A DNA stretch of 64,000 nucleotides from contig CAKKNE010000002.1 of the NCBI GenBank assembly GCA_918797485.1, forward strand, positions 3,224,001-3,288,000. The letters run 5' to 3'. Positions 1 through 10,277 of this stretch are shown here, one piece after another. The position numbers and the translations under genes are program-made. The stretch comes from Pelagomonas calceolata (taxonomy: Eukaryota). The notes below the pieces were generated by a model. It did no database searches, was not told the origin of the DNA, and saw nothing but the letters and a program-made list of their open reading frames with translations. Position 1 is the stretch's first letter; the number at the start of each line of letters is the position of its first letter.

Positions 1-1129
1 CCCCGTCGAGCGCGTTCCAGCGGCCTCGACTCGCGTGAGGCACGTGGTCGTTGAGCGCCGCCTTTTTTAATGGGCGACAGGCGTGCTGCGCGCAAGTGAG
101 CAAATATAAGAGAACTGCACCGGCGCGCTTGATGGTTGACGTCAACGCGGGCCGCCCGGGGCGCAGGACGTTTAGACGCCCTGCGTCGGCCCAAGCCAGA
201 CCTATCAGTGCAATCGCGGCCAGGACCATGCAGACGGCGCAGACGCGAGCTTTCCCGGCGGACTGGCTCCACCGCTCGCAGACCCGCGACCCGCAGATCA
301 TAACTAAAGCGGCGCCGATGGACAACGCGTTCGCCGCGACGGGCGAGAAGGCCGCCCGGTTCTTGAAGAAGAGCGGAATAAACTTCACCGTCATGCCCGA
401 CCCGAAGCCTGATATTAGATCCGCCACCAGTATCAGCCGCGCGATGCCCTCGTCGCCCTCCTTGTCTGCCTCCTCGTCGTCGCACGCATCCGCGCCCACG
501 TCTCGCAACCCCAGTAAGAGGAGCGCCGGCGGCGCGCACAGCGCCAGACCGACGACTGCCACTGTTTTCAGCGCGGCGAGGGACCAGTCGTCCCCAATGC
601 ATAGGAAGAGCACCAGCGCCAGCGCCGGGCCCGCCGTCGTCGCCAAAAGGGTCAGCATGAATTTTTGTGATGTCGCCTCGGCGCGTTGCGCGCCGCGCGT
701 CGTCGAGTCCGCGAAGAGCGTCTCGAGGGCCGTGCTCCACACTCCTTGATACGCGCCGAACGCCGCAAGGCCGACCGTGACGTAGTCGAAGCGCGCCCGG
801 GCGGAGACGTCGCTTACGGCAATGGCCAGGATCAGTCCTAACGAGGCCACCACGCCCGTGACGCAGGCGACGCGGCAGACGGTCCGCCGCCGGAACCGGT
901 CGGCCGCCCAGCCCGCGAGCAGGCCGCAGGCGCACTGCGCGATGCCCTGGGCGCCCTCGGCGAGGCCCACCCGCGCGTTCGACCCGCCCGTGAGCACGTA
1001 GAGGTAGCCGCTCAGCACGGCGTAGGACCAGACTCCTCGTGCCGCGCCGGCCGCCAGCGTGAAGGCGTAGGCGAGGCTGAGGTTTCTTGCTTTTGTCTTG
1101 TCGATTGTTGGTGTGGGTGGAGCGCACAT
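1..1129 (-). CDS. MFS-type transporter (3' end outside window)
   Basis: Translated by hand from the ATG at 1129 (MCAPPTPTIDKTKARNLSLAYAFTLAAG...). Many hydrophobic helices and an MFS motif-A-like loop, GWAADRFRRR. Missing from the ORF track because no stop falls inside the window. Confidence 0.8.
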   Translation of the reverse strand, partial: MCAPPTPTIDKTKARNLSLAYAFTLAAGAARGVWSYAVLSGYLYVLTGGSNARVGLAEGAQGIAQCACGLLAGWAADRFRRRTVCRVACVTGVVASLGLILAIAVSDVSARARFDYVTVGLAAFGAYQGVWSTALETLFADSTTRGAQRAEATSQKFMLTLLATTAGPALALVLFLCIGDDWSLAALKTVAVVGLALCAPPALLLLGLRDVGADACDDEEADKEGDEGIARLILVADLISGFGSGMTVKFIPLFFKNRAAFSPVAANALSIGAALVMICGSRVCERWSQSAGKARVCAVCMVLAAIALIGLAWADAGRLNVLRPGRPALTSTIKRAGAVLLYLLTCAQHACRPLKKAALNDHVPHASRGRWNALDG

Positions 1130-1326
1130 TCTATCAGAGCTTGTGCGCCGCCCGGCGGCCCGCTGGTTGCACAGGGCTCCCGCTTCAGAGAGGCTCTCTG
1201 GTACTACCCTAGTCGAAGTCGTGCGGCAAGCGCACTGGGTCCAGAGCTTCTCGCAACTTGCGAGTTTCCCAAATTTCACGTGTAAGCTGCGGTGTAGGAG
1301 CTGCCAGCTCGTGCAGCAGCCGCTTC

Positions 1327-1349
1327 CTAGTGTCTTACAGACCGCTAGC
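1327..1349. promoter_or_regulatory. CTAG-bipartite intergenic motif, copy 1
   Basis: CTAGTGTCTTACAGACCGCTAGC, between divergent genes. Confidence 0.6.
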
Positions 1350-1415
1350 TCCTGGCGCGGCGGACGCGAAGCACGCTGTTTTCGAGCCTCTGCGCAAGCG
1401 TGGCGCTGCATTTCC

Positions 1416-1959
1416 ATGGCTGCGAGTGATCTTGGTCCAAAGGCGTTGAATGTCGCAGCGCTCAATGACTTGTGCCATCTGTGCCCAACCTGGACCCAGG
1501 CTGGCTGTGCGCTAAACGCGGTCAGCCGCGAGGTATCAAAGCTCGCAGCAAACGTGCGACGCCGGCGGCGGCGGAAACTGCTCGCGCTGCGCAATGAGAT
1601 CCGCCGGCACACTTTCGTGACGCTCCGGACCGTCAAAGGCGAGTGCAGCTGTTGGTGGAAAATCCACGGCGTGCGGGACGAAACCGTCGCGGTCTGCGCA
1701 GAAATTATTCATGTCAAGTCGCATTTTCGCGCGTGAGTTAAGATTTCACCCGTTCGGTGCAACGCAGGTCGTTCTCGAGCGCCTCGAGATGCGTCATGAC
1801 AAGAACCGCTTCTGCGTCATCATGGTGCCTCTCGACGAGTGGGAGGCGAAGTTCGAAGAGTGGAACGACGACGAAGACCATAGAGTGTCCCTCTGCCAGG
1901 AATGCTGGTACGACGGCTTTATGATGTACCCTCACGTTTTCGGCCATGAGTCGGATTAG
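1416..1959 (+). CDS. hypothetical protein with a probable ~55-nt intron (1713-1767)
   Basis: The frame MAASDLGPK...EIIH joins in phase to VVLERLEMRH...GHESD* through GTCAAGT...AACGCAG. Confidence 0.35.
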
Positions 1960-1984
1960 TTGGCCATGAGTCGGATTAGTTGGC
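1942..1984. repeat. 20-bp tandem duplication
   Basis: GGCCATGAGTCGGATTAGTT x2 plus GGC, spanning the stop codon at 1957-1959. Confidence 0.9.
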
Positions 1985-2055
1985 TTGGCGCTATGTACTA
2001 AGTTTGTGAATCTAAACGATCTGGAAACGTCCGCTGCCTGCCGTGAACATTTTAC

Positions 2056-4200
2056 TCACCCCACGCTCAGCGGCGGCGTCCACTGGCTCCGCCCCGTCGC
2101 GACGTTGTGGTAGAAGGGCCGCCGCTTCTCCTCGGACCACGCGACGCGCCACTCGTCATCCAAGACCGTCGTCGGCACGTCCTCCTCCTCTTCTTCTGTC
2201 GCGGAGGAGGACTCTTCAACAGGCGCCGGCGGGACGGCGCCGCCGGCCGGCAGCACGCCGGGCACCGCAATCTCCATTGAAGGGCCGAATTTCGCGAGCG
2301 TCTCCCCGACGCAGAACGCCGCGCGGAACAAGTACGAGCGCCCCGCCGTCAGGTTCGGCACGAGCGCTCTATCAGAACCGCCCCGGTAGCAACGCCGCCA
2401 GGCGTCATCTGAGGCGTCCCGGACCTCGACGACGTAGACGGCGTCCCGCGACGGCCGCGGCGGCGCTAATTGTAACTCGCAGGTGCGCTCGCACCAGCCC
2501 GGCCCCGTGGCTACTTTACAAGGGTCAGGCGGCGTCTTGTACCACCGGATGATTTTGGGCTTCTTCGGCGCGGGCCCGGCCGTACAGAAGGCGTGCGCCG
2601 CAAATCTTGAAACCTGGCCGCGCGCCGCCGCGACGCAGCACCGTACCCTGTAGCGCGTCAGGGGCCTCAGGTTCTCCACCCTACAGCCGGCGCCGGGGCC
2701 CGCGTAGACCGGCTGCCACGCGCCCGCGCGGAAGACGTCGAGCTTGATCGCGTAGTCCGCCTCGGCCGCGGCCGCCTCCGACTTGAGAGAGCAAGCCGCT
2801 TGCCTTTCAGCAAGCTTGACCACGAGCTTCTCGGGCACGCCCTGCAACCTATACTTCTCCGCGACGCTCCCGAGCAGCTTCATGTGAGACCGCTGGACGA
2901 CCCCGAGCCGCTCCCAGTCCCCCGCGTCTCTTGCCCTCGCACACCGCGCGCCGTCTATTCGCAAAGAGGCCCAGGTCCTTCCATAAACCTCTTCCAGTCG
3001 ATGCGGCCTCAGGAGGAGCGCGCGGACTTCATCACTCGACAGCTTGTCCAGTGATACTTTGCCGGCGACGGCCCGGTCGTCGCTCGCGACTTTTGCGTTC
3101 GTGGACGTGTCGCGCCGCGTCCACCGCGGCGTCCACCTTAGTAAGAGCGCGCGCTCCTCCGCGCGCGCCAGCTCCAGGAACGGCGCCTCGAAGAGTACTG
3201 TGGAAGCCTTCTGCACCCGACGCCTCATCGTCGTAGAGGGCCCGTCGTCCTCGGACGCCCACCGCACCAACTTCGCGAGGCCCTCGCTTCGACGCTCGGC
3301 ACCGTCCGGCAGCTTGTACGCAGTGAAAGGCGGCCAGAGGCCCCGTACCACCACCGCGCCCCATAATTCATAAGGTTCGACGGACGACGCGCCCATGCCC
3401 GCGTCGTCCTTTAAACCTAAAGAACGAGCCACGGGTGGAGGCATCTCCGCCGCGGCGTCGATCTCCACGCGTTTCCTCACGCGATCGATGCCGGACACGC
3501 GGACCCACCGGCCCCTATCATGTCTCAATTTCATCCAGTCGCCCTGTTGTAGCGACGGTAATGCAGGCAGCGACGCGTCCGTGCACGCGACTTTACTCAA
3601 CCCAATTGCGTCGCAGAACCATCGTTTCAATTGCGCCGCTAAAGGTTCTGCGGAGGGTTCTCCCTCGAAATCCGTCAAAGGGACGACATCCACGGCAGCG
3701 ACGGGCTCCGCCCTCAAGACAAGTCCGGCGCCCGGCTTCGCACCGTCCATCTTCCCATAACTTTGGGAAGTGACGTGCTCGACGTCCCAGTCCGCTTCTG
3801 GTGAGGCGAAGCGCCGCCACTTCCGCGCGCATTTTGTGGGGACGTGTGCATCATCATTACCTTCTCGCATCCACTGGGTCCAGCTCCCCAACAACGTACA
3901 CGCGTCGACGGCCGCGAGGGCCCTCCCGACCTCGTCGCCTCTGTCATGCTTGAGTCTTTCCAAACACCTTCGAGCTTGCGCCCTATCTTGAGACAACTGC
4001 CGGTCCGCTTTTCGAGCCAGGTCCTCGGCGTCCTGTAATTTAATGGCGCGCGCCTCGCGTTCCGCGCGGTTCGCCTCAAAAACGAGTTCCTCCAGTGCCG
4101 TTCTATTGGCGAAGGCGGCGCTCTCCATGGACTTTGTTAACGGAGGCGGCGGCGGGTCGTTTTCCGGTAAGGGGTCCCGGGGGTAGTGGTAGCCGTCCAT
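2056..4200 (-). CDS. FN3-repeat + C-terminal WW domain protein (possible SAM domain)
   Basis: Two FN3-like repeats (VYAG..VENLRPLTRYRVR; CYRG..VPNLTAGRSYLFR) and a WW domain (WRVAWS..PFYHNVATGRSQWTPP). Confidence 0.75.
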   Translation of the reverse strand: MDGYHYPRDPLPENDPPPPPLTKSMESAAFANRTALEELVFEANRAEREARAIKLQDAEDLARKADRQLSQDRAQARRCLERLKHDRGDEVGRALAAVDACTLLGSWTQWMREGNDDAHVPTKCARKWRRFASPEADWDVEHVTSQSYGKMDGAKPGAGLVLRAEPVAAVDVVPLTDFEGEPSAEPLAAQLKRWFCDAIGLSKVACTDASLPALPSLQQGDWMKLRHDRGRWVRVSGIDRVRKRVEIDAAAEMPPPVARSLGLKDDAGMGASSVEPYELWGAVVVRGLWPPFTAYKLPDGAERRSEGLAKLVRWASEDDGPSTTMRRRVQKASTVLFEAPFLELARAEERALLLRWTPRWTRRDTSTNAKVASDDRAVAGKVSLDKLSSDEVRALLLRPHRLEEVYGRTWASLRIDGARCARARDAGDWERLGVVQRSHMKLLGSVAEKYRLQGVPEKLVVKLAERQAACSLKSEAAAAEADYAIKLDVFRAGAWQPVYAGPGAGCRVENLRPLTRYRVRCCVAAARGQVSRFAAHAFCTAGPAPKKPKIIRWYKTPPDPCKVATGPGWCERTCELQLAPPRPSRDAVYVVEVRDASDDAWRRCYRGGSDRALVPNLTAGRSYLFRAAFCVGETLAKFGPSMEIAVPGVLPAGGAVPPAPVEESSSATEEEEEDVPTTVLDDEWRVAWSEEKRRPFYHNVATGRSQWTPPLSVG

Positions 4201-4589
4201 GCTTGTGCGTTGCGTCGCGTTTGGAGGCGTGTGGAGGCTGCCCTGCTCTAGAGTGAGTGGTGTGTCCTACTTACTGTGCGCCTTGGGAGGCAGCCTTTTC
4301 GCCTGTGGGTCGTTGCTTCGACAAATGGAGACGAATGCGACCAGCTAGGGCTAGCTAGCCGACCCACGCACGCTGCTTTTGTGCGCGCTGGTCTCAACTG
4401 GCATGCAGGTTTTGCTCCGTGCGGGGTGATGATACAGATGTACGACGCGCGTGTTTTCCCCCGAGGGGCTCCGCCCACTAGTCCTAGAACCGAACAGAAA
4501 CGAACACGGATACCATCGAGCACGCGCCCTCCCCGCCGCCGCGCCGACGCAAAGATATACTACTACGTTACGTCATAAAAGCAAGGGCG

Positions 4590-5231
4590 CTAGACCGTCA
4601 GGTACTCGCGCTCGACGCCCTCGGCGTTGATGCAGACGAGGCGCACGATGCCGCCCGAGGAGCCGTCCCGCGCCATCGCGCGCTTGATCGCCTCGGCGAC
4701 GAACGCCTTGCACTCGGCGAGCGACATGCCCGGCTTGAACTCGTGGTCGACGTGGCCGTAGATGTACGTGCTGCCGGACCCGCCGATGGCGAAGGGCGCC
4801 TTGAGGCACGTCCCGCCGAGGGGAATGACGTACACGGACCCACCGTCGACCTCGTCGTAGCCCGCGACGATGACGCCGGCGAGCAGCTGCTCCTTGTTCG
4901 TATAACAAATACGCTTCGCTAATGAAGCTGCTGTCTTTACGAGTGGCGGGGCTCCGACCTCGATCGCGTGCGACGCGAGGTAGTGTCGCACGTAATCAGA
5001 GACCGCTTGCGTGTCCGCCGCGCTGCCGCTTCTACACATGAAGATCTTGTCGTGCAACGCGCTGACCTTGTCCGAGACGCGGTTCGCGATGTACGTACCG
5101 GTGCTGACTCGAGAGTCGGCGCCCATGACGACGCCGCCGGCGTAGCTCACGGCCATGATCGTCGTGCCCGTGCTCACCTCGCCGTCCCGTAGTTGGGCGC
5201 CGGCGTAGGCGTCGGGGGGCGTGGGGTCCAT
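4590..5231 (-). CDS. PSMB6: 20S proteasome subunit beta-1
   Basis: Propeptide EVSTG followed by the catalytic [42 protein letters not shown]. Confidence 0.95.
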   Translation of the reverse strand: MDPTPPDAYAGAQLRDGEVSTGTTIMAVSYAGGVVMGADSRVSTGTYIANRVSDKVSALHDKIFMCRSGSAADTQAVSDYVRHYLASHAIEVGAPPLVKTAASLAKRICYTNKEQLLAGVIVAGYDEVDGGSVYVIPLGGTCLKAPFAIGGSGSTYIYGHVDHEFKPGMSLAECKAFVAEAIKRAMARDGSSGGIVRLVCINAEGVEREYLTV

Positions 5232-5413
5232 GGTTTGGTGTGCTTCCGCGCGTCGCCGCGGCGGTCGAGCAGGGCTCTACTGCGATGCCAAATGCGAGGG
5301 CGCGCGCTCAAATGATGCAGCGCGCGGTTGTGAAAATGAAATAGTGCTGCTGAGTGTGGCAAATTTGTCCCTGCCGCTAAAGCGGTACTACGCCGCGCGG
5401 CGCGAGTCGATTA

Positions 5414-5434
5414 GCTAGCGACCTAAGACACTAG
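5414..5434. promoter_or_regulatory. CTAG-bipartite intergenic motif, copy 2
   Basis: GCTAGCGACCTAAGACACTAG, between divergent genes. Confidence 0.6.
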
Positions 5435-5737
5435 TACCGGACGTGCCAGGTGTATACGGTCCTCGGATACCGTGCTTGTGCTCCAAGACGATTCTTGATG
5501 AGCGCAAACACAGACTCGAAACTTCGAGATTTTGTGGCACGTCGGTCGGCTTGCCATAGGTTGCTATTGCGCTGCCAAAAACGGTTGTGTACGTTCGTCG
5601 GTAACTGCAGAAAGCTGTCTCAAGGTCGTCAATAGCTTCTGCGGCACCGATAGCTCGAGCGAGCAACTCTGCGGCGAGTGCCAATAATTGCTCTCTGAAG
5701 CTTTTTTTGTATCGCGACGCGCTTGCGACAGAGAGAC

Positions 5738-8104
5738 ATGAAACTAATCCTCGCCCTCGCGCTGAGCGCCGCGGCCGCCACGCCGGCGCTGCGCGGCGCC
5801 GAGCCGCGCCGCCGCCTCGAGGCGCTCGAGCTCCTCGGCGCCGAGGAGTCCGCTAAAGTAGAAGCCGAGCAGGAGGCGGCGCGCGCGGCGGCGCTCGCCG
5901 AGGCCATGGCCCAGCTCAAGGAGGCCCAGGACATGATGGCCAAGGCCGAGGCGCTCAAGGCCGCGGCCGCGACGGCCGAGGCGGCGCCCGAGGCGCCCAA
6001 GGAGCCCGCGGCCGCCGAGGCGCCGGCCGAGGAGCGCGTCGCCGTCGCGGCGCCCGCGGCGCCCGCGGCCGGCGACTGGGAGGCCCAGTACAAGGCCCTG
6101 GAGGCGGCCAAGGCGGCCAGCGAGGCCGCGGCGGCGCCCGCCGAGCCGGCCGAGGAGCCGGCCGAGGAGCCGGCCGCCGAGCCATCTGAGCCGGCCGCCG
6201 AGGCCGCCGCTGAGCCGGCCGCTGAGCCGTCTGATGCCGCCGCCGAGCCCGCCGCTGAGGCCGCCCCTGAGGCATCCGAGGCCAAGCCGGCAGAAGAGCC
6301 GGCGGCCGAGCCCGCCGCCGAGGACCCGCCCGCCGAAGCGTCCGCCACTGCGACGGCCGAGGCGACGGAGCCCACGACGACGGAGCGCATCGCCACGGAC
6401 GTGGCCGAGCTCGCCGCGGGCGGCGGCGACCCGGCCGTCGCCGCCGAGGCCGCGGCGCTCGTGCAGAAGCTCCAGGCCGAGCTCAAGGAGGAGTCCGCGC
6501 TGCTGGCCGCGCTGGCGGCGAAGCTCGACGCTATGAGGGGAGACGCGCCGGCCGCCAAGGCGGAGACCGAGCCCGCGACTACCGAGCCCGCTACTACCGA
6601 GCCCGCGACGACGACGACGACGGCCGAAAAAGCGCTCACGGTCGCCACCTGGAACATCGCGGCCATCAACAACAACCCCTTCGAGTACTGGATCCACTCG
6701 GAAGACGAGGCCTACAACAAGTTGATGAGTGACGTCCAGGCCTTCATCAGTGAACCGGGCGACAAGGACGTGCGAGTCAAAGAGGTCTTCACGGACGCCA
6801 TGTGGGACGAGCTCAAGGAGAAGATGAAGGGCGCGGGCTGGGCCGGCGTCGACGATGTGGACGACCTGTGGCAGGACGACTACCGAAGACGCAAGATCGT
6901 CTCGGGCTTCCTGAAGGACGCCGAGCTCGGCTCTAAAAGACTCGCGTCGATGCCGGACCGCGTCACGAACACGATTCGAAGCGTCGACGGCAAGAAGATG
7001 CGCCCGACGGTCATCAACTGCTACGAGCAGGAGTTTTCGTCGCTCCAAGACTGGTGGACGCAGTGGAAGACGTTCATCTTCGAGACCGAAGTCACGACTA
7101 AAAGTGGAGAGGCCCCGAAGCCCGTCTACGGCCTGCTCCAGCCGATCAAGCGCTCCAAGTATCCCGCTATTAGTATGGCGGAAGAAGCCGTATCCTTACC
7201 TTTACAGACGTTGGCCGGCGCCATCTTCGACGCTATCTTAGTGCACATGATGCAGAATGTCGCGGCGGACACGTGGCAGCCTCTCAGAACGCAGCTCTGC
7301 GAGGCCCTCAACCGCAAGAAGGACTCGCGGACGCTGGATATCCTCGACCAGAAATACTCAGACGCTGATATAGTCTTCGTCCAGGAGGCCGCTTCGTCCT
7401 TCGTCGAGGCCGCGAAAGCGCACGCGTTGGGCGAGCGCTACTCTATCATCGCGCCGGCTTCCTTGGATCCGAAGCGCGACCAGAACTCGTTAGTGCTCGT
7501 CAAGAAGGGCTTCGGTTCTTTCGAGGAGGTCGACGTGCTGTCTTCGCTAAGTGATGCTCCGGTCGCCGCCGGCGATTTGCTGGTGGTGCAGAACGACGAG
7601 TACGTCCTCGCGTCTTTTCATGGAGACACGAACGGTCTGGCCACGATCCCCATCACGGACGCCGTGCTCGGCAAGGTAGGCGACAAGACGCTGATCTTCG
7701 GCTTGGACGCCAACACCTACGAGGCGAAGCGCGACGGCTACCAGAACGCGGAAGAGTACCAGGCGCACATCGTCGAGAAGGGGTTGGCCTCGCAGCGAGG
7801 TAGTACCAAGGACATGGACCCGAAGCTCTACACGACCTTCAACGCTAGGACGTACCTCCAGCCGCAGCTCAACAAGGCCGTATCGTACGAAGAGCGCTTC
7901 ACGAACGTGAACGTGGACCGCAACCCCAAGGACTTCGTGCTCTTTTCTACGTCGTTGGAGCTCGTCTCCACCAGCCGGGACAACACGGCCAAAACGTCGT
8001 CGTCGTCGGGCGAGCCCAAGTACGACAACGAGAAGATGTTCCCAACCCTCAAGTTCCCCTCGGACCACGCGATCACGAAGGTGGTCCTGAAGGCGAAGAA
8101 CTAG
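5738..8104 (+). CDS. secreted endonuclease/exonuclease/phosphatase (EEP) superfamily protein with Ala/Glu/Pro-rich stalk
   Basis: Signal peptide MKLILALALSAAAA; EEP motifs VATWNI, DIVFVQE, H in ASFHG, GLDAN, KDFV and PSDH. Confidence 0.75.
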   Translation: MKLILALALSAAAATPALRGAEPRRRLEALELLGAEESAKVEAEQEAARAAALAEAMAQLKEAQDMMAKAEALKAAAATAEAAPEAPKEPAAAEAPAEERVAVAAPAAPAAGDWEAQYKALEAAKAASEAAAAPAEPAEEPAEEPAAEPSEPAAEAAAEPAAEPSDAAAEPAAEAAPEASEAKPAEEPAAEPAAEDPPAEASATATAEATEPTTTERIATDVAELAAGGGDPAVAAEAAALVQKLQAELKEESALLAALAAKLDAMRGDAPAAKAETEPATTEPATTEPATTTTTAEKALTVATWNIAAINNNPFEYWIHSEDEAYNKLMSDVQAFISEPGDKDVRVKEVFTDAMWDELKEKMKGAGWAGVDDVDDLWQDDYRRRKIVSGFLKDAELGSKRLASMPDRVTNTIRSVDGKKMRPTVINCYEQEFSSLQDWWTQWKTFIFETEVTTKSGEAPKPVYGLLQPIKRSKYPAISMAEEAVSLPLQTLAGAIFDAILVHMMQNVAADTWQPLRTQLCEALNRKKDSRTLDILDQKYSDADIVFVQEAASSFVEAAKAHALGERYSIIAPASLDPKRDQNSLVLVKKGFGSFEEVDVLSSLSDAPVAAGDLLVVQNDEYVLASFHGDTNGLATIPITDAVLGKVGDKTLIFGLDANTYEAKRDGYQNAEEYQAHIVEKGLASQRGSTKDMDPKLYTTFNARTYLQPQLNKAVSYEERFTNVNVDRNPKDFVLFSTSLELVSTSRDNTAKTSSSSGEPKYDNEKMFPTLKFPSDHAITKVVLKAKN

Positions 8105-8233
8105 GTTTGGCGCGGCCGGTGCGGGGCCGCGACCGTATGGAAGGAGACGGCGTGGGCGTGCTGACGGCGGGTGTCCTCGGCGGCGGCGACGTCGCCTCAT
8201 TAGGTGTGCCCTCCCCTGTGTAACTTGATGATA

Positions 8234-9028
8234 TTACTTCTTCTTCTTAGAAGACCTCTTCTTCGCGAGCTTGGAATGCGCCGGCGTCTCCTTGCCCGCC
8301 TTCTTTTTGAGGACTGCTCGGCGCTTTCCCTCGGCCTTCGCCGACGGTTCCGCCTTGCGCTTCGCCCCCTTCTTTACGACGGCCTCGAGCCCCTTCTTGT
8401 CGAGCGCGGGCTTGACAGAAAGCTGCGCGCCGCCTGGCAACTGCTTCTTGTGGAGCTTTTGTGCTGATGTAGAGACGACGCTACCTTCCCGCAATTCGAC
8501 GTAGGCGCTCGCGGCCTTGCCCGGCGCGCCGACGGCCCGCACCTTCGTGACCGCGCCCTCGCCGAGCGTCGCCTCGGCGAGCTTTGTGAGCTCCCGCCGG
8601 TCGAGGTCGCCGTTAAAAGCTCGCACGAACAACGTCGGCGGGCCGCCGCCGCCCTGTTGCAGCTCCTTCTTCTTCGCCTTGGCGCGCTCGCGCTGGCGCT
8701 GCCTTCGAGCTTTACACTTGGCCTGCTTGTCCGCGGGTGCCGCCGCGCCAGGCTCCTGCTTTGCTTTCGGCGGCGGCGCGGCGGCGGCCGCGTCCTCGTC
8801 CTCCGAGTCCGCGTTGGCGTCGGCGCCGGCCCCGAACCCGTGCGAGCGCTCGAAGCGCGACACCTCCCGCGCGAGCGCGCCGGACGAATCCGAGCACGCG
8901 CTGCCCGCGTCGCTCCATTCGTCGTCGCCGACGAACGCGTTGATGGCCGCGAGGTCCGCGGGCGACAGCGAGTCGTCGTCGCTCTCCGAGGCCGACGACG
9001 ACGCGTCGCTGTCGCTGGACGACGACAT
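8234..9028 (-). CDS. RRM-like, Lys-rich (probably nucleolar) protein
   Basis: Acidic Ser-rich N-terminus; RNP2-like TLFVRAF and RNP1-like SAYVEL; Lys-rich tail. Confidence 0.6.
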   Translation of the reverse strand: MSSSSDSDASSSASESDDDSLSPADLAAINAFVGDDEWSDAGSACSDSSGALAREVSRFERSHGFGAGADANADSEDEDAAAAAPPPKAKQEPGAAAPADKQAKCKARRQRQRERAKAKKKELQQGGGGPPTLFVRAFNGDLDRRELTKLAEATLGEGAVTKVRAVGAPGKAASAYVELREGSVVSTSAQKLHKKQLPGGAQLSVKPALDKKGLEAVVKKGAKRKAEPSAKAEGKRRAVLKKKAGKETPAHSKLAKKRSSKKKK

Positions 9029-9388
9029 GTTTCTGCGTCGGCGCGGCACTCGCGCTTGCTTACAACTTGCCCACAAGTGGGAGAGCACTGCTCTCGCAGC
9101 GGCGGTGTGCGAACTGTGTCGCTGTCCGGTCTTACGCGTGCTGGTGAGCTCGCACCCTCTCTGCAGCTCTCGTGACAAGCTGTGTCCGTGCGTACTGTTT
9201 GCGTTCGGCAGGCACAGCAGCAGGAGCAGCGTGCAGTTTTGTGTCGCCCAGAGATTGCCTGATCAGTCACGCTAGCGTGCCGAACTGACTCGGTCGCTGG
9301 CTCGCAGGACTGCTCAAAACAATCTGCGAACCGACGCGCAGCGGTACGTACGTACACCCTGCAGTGCTGTGGAGAGTGCAGCCTAACA

Positions 9389-10165
9389 ATGGAGACTCCT
9401 CCCCCGCCGCCGACCGACGAGCAGGCCGCGGACTACCCGCAGAAGCGCTTCTTCCGCAGCCGGGCCCACTGCAACCCGTTAAGTCACAACGACGCCGCGC
9501 CCTACCCTCAAAAACCATCGGCGCTCGACTGGGCGAGCCTCTACCCGAGACGCGACGCCAGCAACGGTTCAAACATCGCATTCCTGGACGTGGGCTGCGG
9601 GTTTGGCGGTTTGGCGGTGGCGTTATCGACCTTAGCGCCGACGAAGCTCACGCTAGCTTTGGAGATCCGACCGAAAGTCGCCGAGTTCGTCAGAAGACGC
9701 ATCGAAAGTCTGAGGAGGCAGCACCCCGGTTCCTATGAGAACGTGGCCTGTTTGAGATATAACGCCATGCTCCACTTGCCAAATTTACTGCCAAAATCAT
9801 CCCTCGAGAAGATCTTTTTTTGCTTCCCCGACCCGCACTTCAAGGCGAAGAACCACCGCCGACGGATTGTGTCAGAACCGCTACTCGCGGAGTACGCCTA
9901 CGTCCTCAAGGAAGGTGGTCTCTTGTACGCCATAACAGATGTTGAGGAGCTACATAAGTGGCACGTGGCCAAGCTGGACTCTCATAAATGTTTTGAGAAG
10001 GTCGATCTGCGTGACGACGATCCTTATGTGAATGCCATCACCCAGGAAACGGAGGAGGGGAAGAAGGTCACGCGCCAGGGCGGCCACATGAAGGACGGGA
10101 GCAAGTACGCTGCCGTTTATAAACGTGTCCGCTTCGAGGGGGCCGTGGAGCTGTGGCCCGAGTAA
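9389..10165 (+). CDS. TRM8: tRNA (guanine-N7)-methyltransferase catalytic subunit
   Basis: PQKRFFRSRAHCNP, DVGCGFGG, LEIR, FPDPHFK, ITDV, TEEGKKV. Confidence 0.95.
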   Translation: METPPPPPTDEQAADYPQKRFFRSRAHCNPLSHNDAAPYPQKPSALDWASLYPRRDASNGSNIAFLDVGCGFGGLAVALSTLAPTKLTLALEIRPKVAEFVRRRIESLRRQHPGSYENVACLRYNAMLHLPNLLPKSSLEKIFFCFPDPHFKAKNHRRRIVSEPLLAEYAYVLKEGGLLYAITDVEELHKWHVAKLDSHKCFEKVDLRDDDPYVNAITQETEEGKKVTRQGGHMKDGSKYAAVYKRVRFEGAVELWPE

Positions 10166-10277
10166 CTTGTGAAAGCAGTGTCTTAGGCCTTTGCTGCTGT
10201 GCTCTGCACACAGATTGATCCTGACCGGGGCAGGCGGTCTGAAGCCACCAAGAGGCTGACTTTTTGAAGGGCAGCCA

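Noticed and set aside
51..749. 232-aa plus-strand ORF
   Set aside because: Antisense to the MFS transporter.
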